The position numbers and the translations under genes were made by a program. A stretch of DNA of 64,000 nt from Candidatus Parcubacteria bacterium (GTDB lineage Bacteria > Patescibacteriota > Minisyncoccia > UBA6257 > HR35): the NCBI GenBank assembly GCA_025999335.1, contig AP024681.1, positions 78,642 through 142,641 on the forward strand, read 5' to 3'. Of this stretch, positions 1-8,924 are shown one piece after another (the first letter of the stretch is position 1; the number at the start of each line of letters is the position of its first letter). The notes under the pieces are model-generated. The model made no database searches. It was not told the DNA's origin and saw only the letters and a list, made by a program, of their open reading frames with translations.

Positions 1-54
1 ATATAAGCTAAACGGTCAAAATATTGTTCTTGAGTTTGACTCATATTTGAAAAA

Positions 55-543
55 TTAAATTTTTAATAAGTATATTATACTTTTTGTTTTAGCTTTCAAT
101 TTTTTAAAAAATTTATGAGAGTAAAAATTATCTACTTTAATTTCTATTCTAAAAAATTGCCTTCGTGTTTTAGATAATTTTTTCTTGAAATATTTTTTTA
201 AATATTTAATCACTTTAATGCCTATTCCCTGATCTCTAAATTGTTTATCAAGATAGATCAAACATAAATCTACATACTTATTACTAATATAAGTATGCAC
301 CATACCAATATTAGAATTATTTTTTTTAATAATAAAATATAAATTATTTTTATCTTTAAATTTGGTTAGTAAAATTTTAGCTAATTTTATTTTATTGAGC
401 TTAATATCTTCAAATTCATAAAAATAATTATAAATGTAATCAATTAAATTATTTAATAACTGTTTATTTCTGCGAACTTCCGACAATAATATTTTTTTAA
501 CAATAATATCAGAATTATTTAATTGCTTTTGATAATTTTTCAT
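55..543 (-). CDS. GNAT family N-acetyltransferase
   Basis: 162 aa; acetyl-CoA binding motif RDQGIGIKVIKYL (Q/RxxGxG) typical of GNAT fold. Confidence 0.55.
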   Translation of the reverse strand: MKNYQKQLNNSDIIVKKILLSEVRRNKQLLNNLIDYIYNYFYEFEDIKLNKIKLAKILLTKFKDKNNLYFIIKKNNSNIGMVHTYISNKYVDLCLIYLDKQFRDQGIGIKVIKYLKKYFKKKLSKTRRQFFRIEIKVDNFYSHKFFKKLKAKTKSIIYLLKI

Positions 544-576
544 AGTATAATAATATAAACAATAATATAAACAATA

Positions 577-780
577 ATGTCGTTAATTAATTTTAATATA
601 ATTTCAATAATGAGCAAAATTAATCTCAATACAGCAATTAGAAAATGGTCTAAAGGAAAAAAGTATAATGGCTTTCATCCTACAGGTTATAATGATATTA
701 ATTGGCAAACAGTAAGAAAATTAGAAAAATTGGCAATGTTTAACTCAACTAAATGCTGCGCTAGTGGTACTTGTGACTAA
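577..780 (+). CDS. Candidate RiPP precursor peptide (Cys/Ser/Thr-rich C-terminal core ...FNSTKCCASGTCD)
   Basis: 67-aa ORF ending 16 nt upstream of a DUF4135-like ORF on the same strand; C-terminal 11 residues contain 3 Cys, 2 Ser, 2 Thr; no obvious SD, alternative starts at M12 or M54. Confidence 0.3.
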   Translation: MSLINFNIISIMSKINLNTAIRKWSKGKKYNGFHPTGYNDINWQTVRKLEKLAMFNSTKCCASGTCD

Positions 781-796
781 AAATTAATCTATCTTA

Positions 797-2314
797 ATGT
801 TTGAGATTTTTTATCAAGATCATTTAGAATTTTTTAAAAATAGTCTTAATAAACATATAAATCATCGTATTCTAAACAATAAAAATCTCTTTATTGAACA
901 TATTCTTAAAAATGTAATCAAAAATTTAGATAAAGTTATAGCGCCTATTGTTTGCTGGCAATTATATTTAGATAAAAGTAATAATCTTATCAAAGGCATA
1001 ACTAGTTACGAAAGATTCCAAAATTTTCTTAAATCAAGAAAAAATTCTTTACTTAAGATTTATAATAATATTGACAAAATAATAACTAATTATCTTACTG
1101 AAGAAGAATTATTTATAAAACAAATTCTTGAAATAGTATCTAAAAATTGGCGCCAAATTGATAAAATTTTTAATATTCACGCTCCTCTTTTGTATTTTCA
1201 AGAACCCACATCAAGCGATAGACATTATCAAGGCAAAAGAACAATCTTTTTAAAATTTAAAAATAATAAAATCATCAAAATTAAACCTTTCCTCTTTAGC
1301 TGTCAACCATTATTTTACGCAATTTTAAAAAAATTTAATCAAGACAACAGTCACAAATTAAAAATTACTCTTAATATTCAAATAGATAATTTTTGGTTTT
1401 CAGAATTTATTCCTGTACAAAATAAAAACATCAACATCCAATCAGCGGAAATATTTTATAAAAAATTAGGTTGCCTTTTTGCTTTAACTTTTGCTTTTAA
1501 CGGTTCTGATTATCATATGGAAAACATCATTGCTTCTAAAACAGATCCTGTAATAACGGACTCGGAAACGTTTTTTACTAATTATAGTATTTATAAAAAT
1601 AAAAAATTAATTAATAGTCTTTTAAGCACAGGTTTTATAGAACGTTTAACGAAAAATTCACCAACAAGCGCTATTTGGGGAGGCAATAAAAAATTGCTCA
1701 GCTTAACCCAGCCGATTATTATCAACCCCAACACAGATAAAATGAGATTAAAGTTTAAAAGTTTTAGTAAAATTTTACCTAATAATAGAATTTTTAAAGA
1801 TAATAAAATTTTATGGCAACCACAAAAATTCAAAAAGCATATTCTGCAAAGTTTTCAAGAAACCTATTTATGGATTATCCGAAACAAAGAAAATATACTC
1901 AATCTTATTGATAATTATCAACAACCAATTTTTACACGAGTTATCTTAAGGAAAACATCTTTTTATGCTATTTTAATTCAACACATTCTCCAACCAATTA
2001 ATTTACCTTTATCTCAATTCAAACTTAAATTAAAACACGCTTTTTATCAAAATAGTCAAAGATTCCATAATAATTACAAAAATTTTTTATTTAAAAAAAT
2101 CATCGCCTATGAAATAAACAATATCCAAAAAATATCTATCCCTATCTTTTGGCAAAATATTAAAGAAAAACATCTTTATCTAGGCGAAGAAAAATACAAA
2201 AATTTTTTTCCTAAAACAGCTTATGAATTACTAAATGAAAAATTACAAACAATGAATAATCGTCAATTACAATACTACCTTCAAAAAATTAATAATTATT
2301 TATCGCCTAAATGA
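797..2314 (+). CDS. Stand-alone LanM-type dehydratase-domain (DUF4135-like, kinase-fold) protein; no LanC cyclase domain
   Basis: 505 aa; blocks GKRTIFLKFKNNKIIKIKPF, NFWFSEFI and FNGSDYHMENIIASKTDPVITDSETFF resemble the remembered DUF4135 consensus (vYKPr / GWxEFv / TDlHfENiIA..PvlIDlEtlF) and the DxHxxN catalytic loop of the kinase-like fold. Confidence 0.5.
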   Translation: MFEIFYQDHLEFFKNSLNKHINHRILNNKNLFIEHILKNVIKNLDKVIAPIVCWQLYLDKSNNLIKGITSYERFQNFLKSRKNSLLKIYNNIDKIITNYLTEEELFIKQILEIVSKNWRQIDKIFNIHAPLLYFQEPTSSDRHYQGKRTIFLKFKNNKIIKIKPFLFSCQPLFYAILKKFNQDNSHKLKITLNIQIDNFWFSEFIPVQNKNINIQSAEIFYKKLGCLFALTFAFNGSDYHMENIIASKTDPVITDSETFFTNYSIYKNKKLINSLLSTGFIERLTKNSPTSAIWGGNKKLLSLTQPIIINPNTDKMRLKFKSFSKILPNNRIFKDNKILWQPQKFKKHILQSFQETYLWIIRNKENILNLIDNYQQPIFTRVILRKTSFYAILIQHILQPINLPLSQFKLKLKHAFYQNSQRFHNNYKNFLFKKIIAYEINNIQKISIPIFWQNIKEKHLYLGEEKYKNFFPKTAYELLNEKLQTMNNRQLQYYLQKINNYLSPK

Positions 2315-2709
2315 ATCTGCTTGTTTGCTTTACTAAATTGCCAATTAAAAATAATAAAAATAGACAACGCCAAACTATCAGCGATTAAACAATAATAACA
2401 AAAATTGCCTAAAATAAAAAATTGAACATAAATTAAATAAAGAGCAAAAATAAACCCTAAAGTAGTTATAAAAATTTTTATTCTCATCAACTTTTGACTA
2501 GTAAATAAAAATAGAAAGAAAATAACAACAAAATATATTACACCTAATAAAGCAACATTAATACCTAAAAATTCAGAATATTCGCTCTTAATAACTAAAT
2601 TACAACCACTAAGGCCACAAGCAACGCCTTCGCTTTGAGAGAGATAAAGAAGATAAAGTGAAATTAAAATACCTAATCCCGACAGAAATAAAATTACTTT
2701 TTTTGTCAT
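2296..2709 (-). CDS. VKOR-like (vitamin K epoxide reductase family) membrane thiol-disulfide oxidoreductase
   Basis: 137 aa, 4 predicted TM helices; loop Cys pair ACGLSGC (C-x4-C) after TM1 and CYYC (CxxC) at start of last TM helix; overlaps 3' end of DUF4135 ORF convergently. Confidence 0.45.
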   Translation of the reverse strand: MTKKVILFLSGLGILISLYLLYLSQSEGVACGLSGCNLVIKSEYSEFLGINVALLGVIYFVVIFFLFLFTSQKLMRIKIFITTLGFIFALYLIYVQFFILGNFCYYCLIADSLALSIFIIFNWQFSKANKQIHLGDK

Positions 2710-2746
2710 TTTAAAATTATCATTATTTTAATAATAACTATTTATT

Positions 2747-3361
2747 TTAATAATGTTTTAATATTTGTCTAACTATCTTTTTTAAAGCAAAATAGCGATG
2801 ATTAATTTGTTTATGCTCGTCAATATCTAAATCAACATAATATTTTTTAAATTTACTTACTATAAACAACGAACGAAAGGGATAGCCTTTAATCATTTTT
2901 TGAGATGGTTGTTTAGCTATTTCGCCTTCTGTCTTAGCTTCGCTAAATAAAATTAAATCACGATGGCTATCGTAAAAAACTAAAGTTGTTGTTAAATATG
3001 CTTTTCTTTCTTTGCCTTCGGCTTTATGCATTTTTTTCAAAGTATACTCTATCAATTCTTCATCGCTCATTTCGTATCCCGCCCATCTTTTTGATTTTAC
3101 GCCTGGTTCATTATTAAGATAAGGAATAACTAAACCACCGTCATCAGACAAAACAGGTAATTGCAATAATTCTGAGTATTGCTTGCTTTTTAATAAAGCA
3201 TTTTGGAAAAATGAATCCCCATTCTCTTCAACTACATAATTGACTTTTAAATCAATCAAAGAAGAAATATTAAATTTTTCTTCTAATAATAAATGAAACA
3301 AATATTCCTTTATTTCCTTAGCCTTGCCTTGATTATGAGTACCTATAACTAAATGATTCAT
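2747..3361 (-). CDS. rdgB: Non-canonical purine NTP pyrophosphatase (Ham1/RdgB family)
   Basis: 204 aa; N-terminal LVIGTHNQGKAKEIKEYL matches the Ham1 ATGNxGKxxE motif. Confidence 0.7.
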   Translation of the reverse strand: MNHLVIGTHNQGKAKEIKEYLFHLLLEEKFNISSLIDLKVNYVVEENGDSFFQNALLKSKQYSELLQLPVLSDDGGLVIPYLNNEPGVKSKRWAGYEMSDEELIEYTLKKMHKAEGKERKAYLTTTLVFYDSHRDLILFSEAKTEGEIAKQPSQKMIKGYPFRSLFIVSKFKKYYVDLDIDEHKQINHRYFALKKIVRQILKHY

Positions 3362-3381
3362 TGTTAAAATTAGTTAGATTT

Positions 3382-4593
3382 TTATTCGTAACGCAATGCT
3401 TCAATGGGATCTAATTTAGCGGCTCTTTTAGCTGGATAATAACCAAAAATCAAACCAACAGAAACAGAGACGGCTATAGATATAATAACTGCTTGCATCG
3501 AAACATAAGTGGTAATATTGGCAAAACGACTAATTAGAATAGATATTACCACTCCTAATATTATACCTATAAAACATCCAAAGGAAGTAATAATAATCGA
3601 TTCTAAAATAATTTGACGAAGAATATCGCTGTTTTTAGCGCCGAGTGCCTTACGCAAGCCTATCTCTTTTGTTCTTTCAACAACACTAGTAAGCATCATA
3701 TTCATAATACCAATACCCCCAACTATTAAAGATATTCCCGCAACAAATGATAAAAATAAAGTAAAAGTATTAATAATCGAAGTTAGAGTTGCTAAAATGT
3801 CTTCCTGAGAAAATACCGAAAAATCTGGTTCGTCAACTTTGTGTAACTGCATTAATCGTGAAGTTACTGCCTGCCTTACATAATCTATGTTATTTTTAGA
3901 ATTAACCTTCACAGCAATGCTATTAAAATATTCATTGCCTGATAATTGTTTTTGCATTACCGAATAAGGAATAATGATAAAGTCATCATAATTAACAAAT
4001 CCAGCTGAACCTTTTGCCGCTAAAACGCCTATAACTTTAAAATTAACACCTCTAATACGTATTTTTCTATCAATTGGGTCTATATCGTTAAATAAATCTT
4101 TAGCTATTTGATTACCCAAAACAGCAACCTTTGCATAAGATCTTAATTGTTCATCATTAAAAATAGACCCTTTATCAATTACCATATTCCTCACTACAAA
4201 AAATTCTTTACTGCCACCTAAAATAATAGTATTTCTATTATTCCCAACATCAGATATTACTTGAAAACGTCGTTGAACTTCTGGAGATATGGCTTCAATT
4301 TCAAGAATATCGCGAATAGCTTCAATATCATCTTTTTTTAAAACTTGCGCATCACCTCGCCCACTAGAAACAAAACCTCTTCCTGGTTGGACAACACCCG
4401 GAAATATTATTAAATTATTTGAACCTAAACTTTCTATACTCCTTTGAATACTAATTTTTGAACCTTCGCCTAATGATATCATTGAAACAACAGCAGCAAC
4501 GCCAATCATAATACCTAAAATAGACAACAAGGTCCGCAACTTATTGCTTCTTAAAGAATCTAAAGACTCATTAACTAAATCTTTAATTCTCAT
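3382..4593 (-). CDS. ABC transporter permease, MacB/FtsX family
   Basis: 403 aa; N-terminal TM helix, large periplasmic domain, C-terminal FtsX-like 3-TM bundle; translationally coupled (4-nt overlap) to upstream ABC ATPase. Confidence 0.75.
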   Translation of the reverse strand: MRIKDLVNESLDSLRSNKLRTLLSILGIMIGVAAVVSMISLGEGSKISIQRSIESLGSNNLIIFPGVVQPGRGFVSSGRGDAQVLKKDDIEAIRDILEIEAISPEVQRRFQVISDVGNNRNTIILGGSKEFFVVRNMVIDKGSIFNDEQLRSYAKVAVLGNQIAKDLFNDIDPIDRKIRIRGVNFKVIGVLAAKGSAGFVNYDDFIIIPYSVMQKQLSGNEYFNSIAVKVNSKNNIDYVRQAVTSRLMQLHKVDEPDFSVFSQEDILATLTSIINTFTLFLSFVAGISLIVGGIGIMNMMLTSVVERTKEIGLRKALGAKNSDILRQIILESIIITSFGCFIGIILGVVISILISRFANITTYVSMQAVIISIAVSVSVGLIFGYYPAKRAAKLDPIEALRYE

Positions 4594-5303
4594 TTATGAT
4601 ATAATTGTTTTCTGTTAATTACTTTCATATCTTCAACTTTTTCACCATCCTTAATTTTAATAATTCTCTCTGAATGTTTGGCTACATCTTCTTCGTGAGT
4701 AATCAAAATTACCGAGATATTTTTTTCGCTATTTAGTTTTTGTAAAGTATGCAAAACAATTTCACCTGTTTTAGTATCCAAATTACCTGTTGGTTCATCA
4801 GCTAAAATTATTTCTGGATCATTCATTAAAGCTCTAGCAATAGCAACTCGTTGCATCATACCCCCAGATATTTGATTTGGCTTATGATATATAAAATCTA
4901 AAGGAAAAGCTGTTGCTTGTAGACATTCTAAAGCCTTTTCCTTTCTTGCTTTAAATGATAAATAATTATTAGCATACAAAGATGGTAAAATTACATTTTC
5001 TAAAACATTTTTTCTTGAAAGTAAAAAGAAAGCCTGAAAAACAAAACCTATTTTTTTATTTCTAATATCAGCTAATTCGTTATCATTCAAAAGACTAATG
5101 TCTGTATTTTCTAAAAAATATTTTCCACTTGTTGGTTTTTCTAAACAACCTAAAATGTGCATTAAAGTTGACTTACCAGAACCAGAAGGCCCCATAATAG
5201 CTATAAACTCGCCTTTTTTTATTTCTAAAGATATATTCTTGACAGCAACTGTTTCAAAAGCGCCAGTTTTATATATCTTAGTAATATTTTCTAACTTGAT
5301 CAT
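4590..5303 (-). CDS. ABC transporter ATP-binding protein (MacB/LolD-like)
   Basis: 237 aa; Walker [10 protein letters not shown], signature [15 protein letters not shown], Walker B ILADEPT. Confidence 0.85.
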   Translation of the reverse strand: MIKLENITKIYKTGAFETVAVKNISLEIKKGEFIAIMGPSGSGKSTLMHILGCLEKPTSGKYFLENTDISLLNDNELADIRNKKIGFVFQAFFLLSRKNVLENVILPSLYANNYLSFKARKEKALECLQATAFPLDFIYHKPNQISGGMMQRVAIARALMNDPEIILADEPTGNLDTKTGEIVLHTLQKLNSEKNISVILITHEEDVAKHSERIIKIKDGEKVEDMKVINRKQLYHK

Positions 5304-5313
5304 TAAAAGTTGT

Positions 5314-7068
5314 TTATCTATTTCGCGAATTATTAGTTGTCGTTGTTCTACCAGTAAATTGTCGAGGATTGGGCATTAATCGCTGAAACAATCCTTGACT
5401 TTGAGTAAGGGTTGTATTATTGTTATCTATTTTCTTTAAGATAAAAATATCGTTTTCTTTCAAACCATCAATAATTTCAGTAAAACGATTATCACTAATA
5501 CCTGTTTTGATAAAAATTTTTTTAGGTTCAAAATTTAACTTAACAGGACGTTCAGAAATATTACTTATATTATCTTTCTCATCAGGAACTAAAATAAATT
5601 TTTTATTATTTAAAGATTGAATAGCGTTATTAGGCACAACTAAAATATTATCTTTTATTTCAACGATAATTTCCGCATTAACTGTCATTCCTAGTTTTAA
5701 CTTATTGTTATCGGGCAATGAAATTTTAACTTTATAACTAACAACTCCTTGATTAACATCACCAACATAATCAATGCTTAAGACTTTGCCTTCAAGTTGT
5801 AAATTCGGTTCAGCATCAAAAGTTAAAATTGCTTTTTGACCAACTTTTACTGAAACAACATCAACTTCATTTAAATCTAATTCAGCAATTTTTTGATCAG
5901 AGATAATATTATAAATAGCGCTACCACTATTTATTAAATCATTAACATTGTAATACTTTTTCTGAATAATTCCGCTTAAAGGAGCGTAGATATTATAATC
6001 TTTTAAATCCTCTTTTAAATCTTCTAAATCTTGTTGTGCTTTTTTTAACTCATTGTTTAATTTTTCAATATTTTTCTTTTTTTGTTCAATAGTATTTTTC
6101 ATTGTCTCAATATCCAACGATTTAGAACGCAAAGAATCATTGTAATTATTTAAAGTTTGCGACATTACTGCTAATTCATCGTTGTATTTTGTGTATTTGT
6201 TATATATACTATTTAAAGTTGTAAAATGCTGCTCAATAATATTTTGTTTAGCGTGCAAGGATTGATTAAAAATTATATCATTTTTTAGTTTAATAATAAT
6301 ATCTAAAATATCTTTAATAAAATTCTGGTTTTTTAAAACAAAAGCATAAGTTTTATCAATTAAGTCTTTATTAAAAACATTGCTTTGATATTTTGTTGTT
6401 TGAAAATTGCTATATAGATCATCAAACTCTTTTTTTAGACTATCTTTATTGCGTCTTAAATTATCACTTAAATTTTTATATTGCGGAAAATAAAAAAGAT
6501 AATAATCTATATTATCAAAATTGCTATCTAAATCTTTATTAAAATATATTCTGTCAATACTATTAAAATCATTAGCGTACTGAGAATAAAAATCTGATAA
6601 AGTTTTTAATACTAATTCATATTTCTTTTTTATGTCATCGCCTCTTTGTAGTTGCTCATATTCTAGCAGTATTTTTTGTAAACTAATATTAGAACTTTGA
6701 ATATCTAAATTACCAATATCGATATTTTTCTTTATGTCTTCTATATTTTTTTCTATATTTCTAATATTTCTTTTCACTGAAGTATCATCTATTGAAACTA
6801 TCAACTGACCATTTTTTACATAATCTCCTTCTTGCGCTCCTAAATAAACTAACTTCCCGCTCACCAATGATTTTACTAAAAAACTATCAGAAGTTGTCAC
6901 ATAACCAGAACCTGATACTATTTTTTGAATTTTATCTCTTTTAACCCTGTCTAAAATATACCCTTCCGGAGATTTTAGCCCTCGTTGAAAATAAAAATAG
7001 TATCCTAAAGCTAACAATAATATCACAGACAAAAAAATAAAAAATTTATTAAAAATAATTTTTCTCAT
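5314..7068 (-). CDS. HlyD/MacA-family periplasmic adaptor (membrane fusion) protein with extended coiled coil
   Basis: 584 aa; N-terminal TM anchor, biotin-lipoyl-like halves flanking an about 300-aa coiled-coil/low-complexity segment, C-terminal beta-barrel region; operonic with ABC ATPase and permease. Confidence 0.7.
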   Translation of the reverse strand: MRKIIFNKFFIFLSVILLLALGYYFYFQRGLKSPEGYILDRVKRDKIQKIVSGSGYVTTSDSFLVKSLVSGKLVYLGAQEGDYVKNGQLIVSIDDTSVKRNIRNIEKNIEDIKKNIDIGNLDIQSSNISLQKILLEYEQLQRGDDIKKKYELVLKTLSDFYSQYANDFNSIDRIYFNKDLDSNFDNIDYYLFYFPQYKNLSDNLRRNKDSLKKEFDDLYSNFQTTKYQSNVFNKDLIDKTYAFVLKNQNFIKDILDIIIKLKNDIIFNQSLHAKQNIIEQHFTTLNSIYNKYTKYNDELAVMSQTLNNYNDSLRSKSLDIETMKNTIEQKKKNIEKLNNELKKAQQDLEDLKEDLKDYNIYAPLSGIIQKKYYNVNDLINSGSAIYNIISDQKIAELDLNEVDVVSVKVGQKAILTFDAEPNLQLEGKVLSIDYVGDVNQGVVSYKVKISLPDNNKLKLGMTVNAEIIVEIKDNILVVPNNAIQSLNNKKFILVPDEKDNISNISERPVKLNFEPKKIFIKTGISDNRFTEIIDGLKENDIFILKKIDNNNTTLTQSQGLFQRLMPNPRQFTGRTTTTNNSRNR

Positions 7069-7185
7069 TTTTGGTTATGTTTCAGCAAACAATTAGTAAA
7101 CGAATAATTCAAAATTATTTTATCATATTAATAAAACATCGTCAAATTTATATAAGGAGTTGCTTATTTGTATTACTTCACAAAA

Positions 7186-8175
7186 CTATAAAATATCAGT
7201 TTCTTTAATTAATTTTTTAAATCTTTCAATTAAAACAACATTCTCGGGATCCACTTTATACAATTGAGCTAAATAATAAGTTACCCAATCGCCAAAAATT
7301 AAATTATCGAAAATTTTATAAAAAATATTTTGATACTGTTTGAGAATGATTTTTTCTAAAACAAAATTTTTTTCTTGCAAAATTTTTTCTAAAACAAGCA
7401 TTCTTTTTTTAATACGCTCATCATCGCTATCGTCAAACAAAAATAAAAAATAAAATTTTTTAAAACAATTATTGCTTGTTTTAAAATCAAAACCTGACAT
7501 TTCGTTATGATTTAATTCAGGAAAAAAATTACAGAAAGCAGGAATTTTGCTTGTCTCGTTAAATTTTATTTTCCAATTATAAGCTAAAGCAAAATTATTT
7601 TCAGAAGCATAAATTATAGGTATATAACCAAATAACTTTTGAGCAAAAATTTTTCCTTTTTCTCTTAGATCTAAAGGATTAAAATAATTAGCTAAATCTT
7701 CCAATTCTTTTAAAGCTTTATTTTGTTTCATTACCTTTAATAAAGCTTTTATCATTACCACAGTCGCAAAACGAGGTTGCGTATCAATATCTGGCAACTG
7801 AATATAAGGAATTTTATATTTCTTGGCTATCTCCAAAAGTTTTCCTCCTTTACTAATAACAACTTGATTTTTTAACTGTTTTTTTATTGATTCTTCGCAA
7901 GCAGAAATAACTTCTTCGGTATTGCCAGAATAAGAAATAAAAATTATTAAATATTTTTTTAAACTTTGCAAATTTAAAGGAGGTAAATTATAATTTTGAC
8001 GAATAAATAAATCTAAAGAAGGATTATAAATTTTTAATAAATCACCAGCTAAATGAGAACCCCCCATGCCTATAATCAGAAATTTTGGATGGTAAGAAAA
8101 ATTATTATAATTTTGAATAACGGGTTTATATTTTAAATGATTTTTAAAATTTTTAAGAGTAGTTATAAGATTCAT
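7186..8175 (-). CDS. Bifunctional phosphoglucose/phosphomannose isomerase (SIS domain, archaeal-type)
   Basis: 329 aa; FLIIGMGGSHLAGDLL SIS/PGI motif; size matches PGI/PMI family. Confidence 0.5.
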   Translation of the reverse strand: MNLITTLKNFKNHLKYKPVIQNYNNFSYHPKFLIIGMGGSHLAGDLLKIYNPSLDLFIRQNYNLPPLNLQSLKKYLIIFISYSGNTEEVISACEESIKKQLKNQVVISKGGKLLEIAKKYKIPYIQLPDIDTQPRFATVVMIKALLKVMKQNKALKELEDLANYFNPLDLREKGKIFAQKLFGYIPIIYASENNFALAYNWKIKFNETSKIPAFCNFFPELNHNEMSGFDFKTSNNCFKKFYFLFLFDDSDDERIKKRMLVLEKILQEKNFVLEKIILKQYQNIFYKIFDNLIFGDWVTYYLAQLYKVDPENVVLIERFKKLIKETDIL

Positions 8176-8213
8176 AATTTTAAAATAATACTATTTTATA
8201 TATTAATTATAAA

Positions 8214-8924
8214 TTACAATTTTTCAAAAATAACTAAACCTGTTTCAACATAAGAAAATGGATTATATTGATTTTCTTTTCTGTCATAATGTAAAAACCT
8301 TACTTTACCTAAATCATTAATTAATTCTTCGCAAATTTTATAACCCGGTAAATTTTTATTTTGAAATAATTCGTAAAATTTCTGTGTTAACGATGAATAA
8401 ATTTCTTTTGGCGGAGGCAAACGAAGAGGGAAAATATGTACACGACCTCCGGGCTTCACAACTCTTAAAATCTCAGCTAAAGCAGACACATAAGCTTCAA
8501 AAGTTTTTAAATAACTTAAACTATATAAAGACAAAACATAGTCAAAGGAATCATTTTTAAAAGGTAAATCAACAAATTCGCCTGCTAACAAAGGCAAAGG
8601 TTGTTTTTGTTGTTGATAATGCAATTGTTTATCGATTCGTCGCGTTTTAAAAACTAAACTAATATCAAGACAAACAATTTCTGTATCGTTAAATTTTTCC
8701 TTTAATTGCCTAGCGAACTTCTGATATTTGCCTGAACCTAAATCTAAAATTTTTTTATTCTTTAAATCCTCTAAATTCAAATGTAAAAATGATAAATAAT
8801 CGTCTAAAGGCCTGTCGGTTAAACCAAAATCTTCTAAGCGACTGCCTTCTTTTTTTCTACGTTTAAATTGTTCATCTTGGTTAAACTGATCCTCTGATGG
8901 CATTATTAATTTTAAAAATATCAC
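8214..8924 (-). CDS. Class I SAM-dependent methyltransferase
   Basis: 236 aa; motif I ILDLGSGKY, post-motif VKPGGRVHI. Confidence 0.6.
   Translation of the reverse strand: MIFLKLIMPSEDQFNQDEQFKRRKKEGSRLEDFGLTDRPLDDYLSFLHLNLEDLKNKKILDLGSGKYQKFARQLKEKFNDTEIVCLDISLVFKTRRIDKQLHYQQQKQPLPLLAGEFVDLPFKNDSFDYVLSLYSLSYLKTFEAYVSALAEILRVVKPGGRVHIFPLRLPPPKEIYSSLTQKFYELFQNKNLPGYKICEELINDLGKVRFLHYDRKENQYNPFSYVETGLVIFEKL

Noticed and set aside
1-44. Possible 5'-truncated minus-strand gene start (MSQTQEQYFDRLAYI...) running off the window edge
   Set aside because: Only 15 codons are visible, so it cannot be supported or identified.
1591-1833. 80-aa minus-strand ORF inside the DUF4135-like gene
   Set aside because: Antisense, low-complexity Leu/Ile-rich translation fully embedded in a longer ORF that has family-level motifs; typical AT-rich antisense artefact.
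5098-5620. Two plus-strand ORFs (93 and 66 aa) overlapping the ABC ATPase/HlyD genes
   Set aside because: Antisense to well-supported genes; no motifs.
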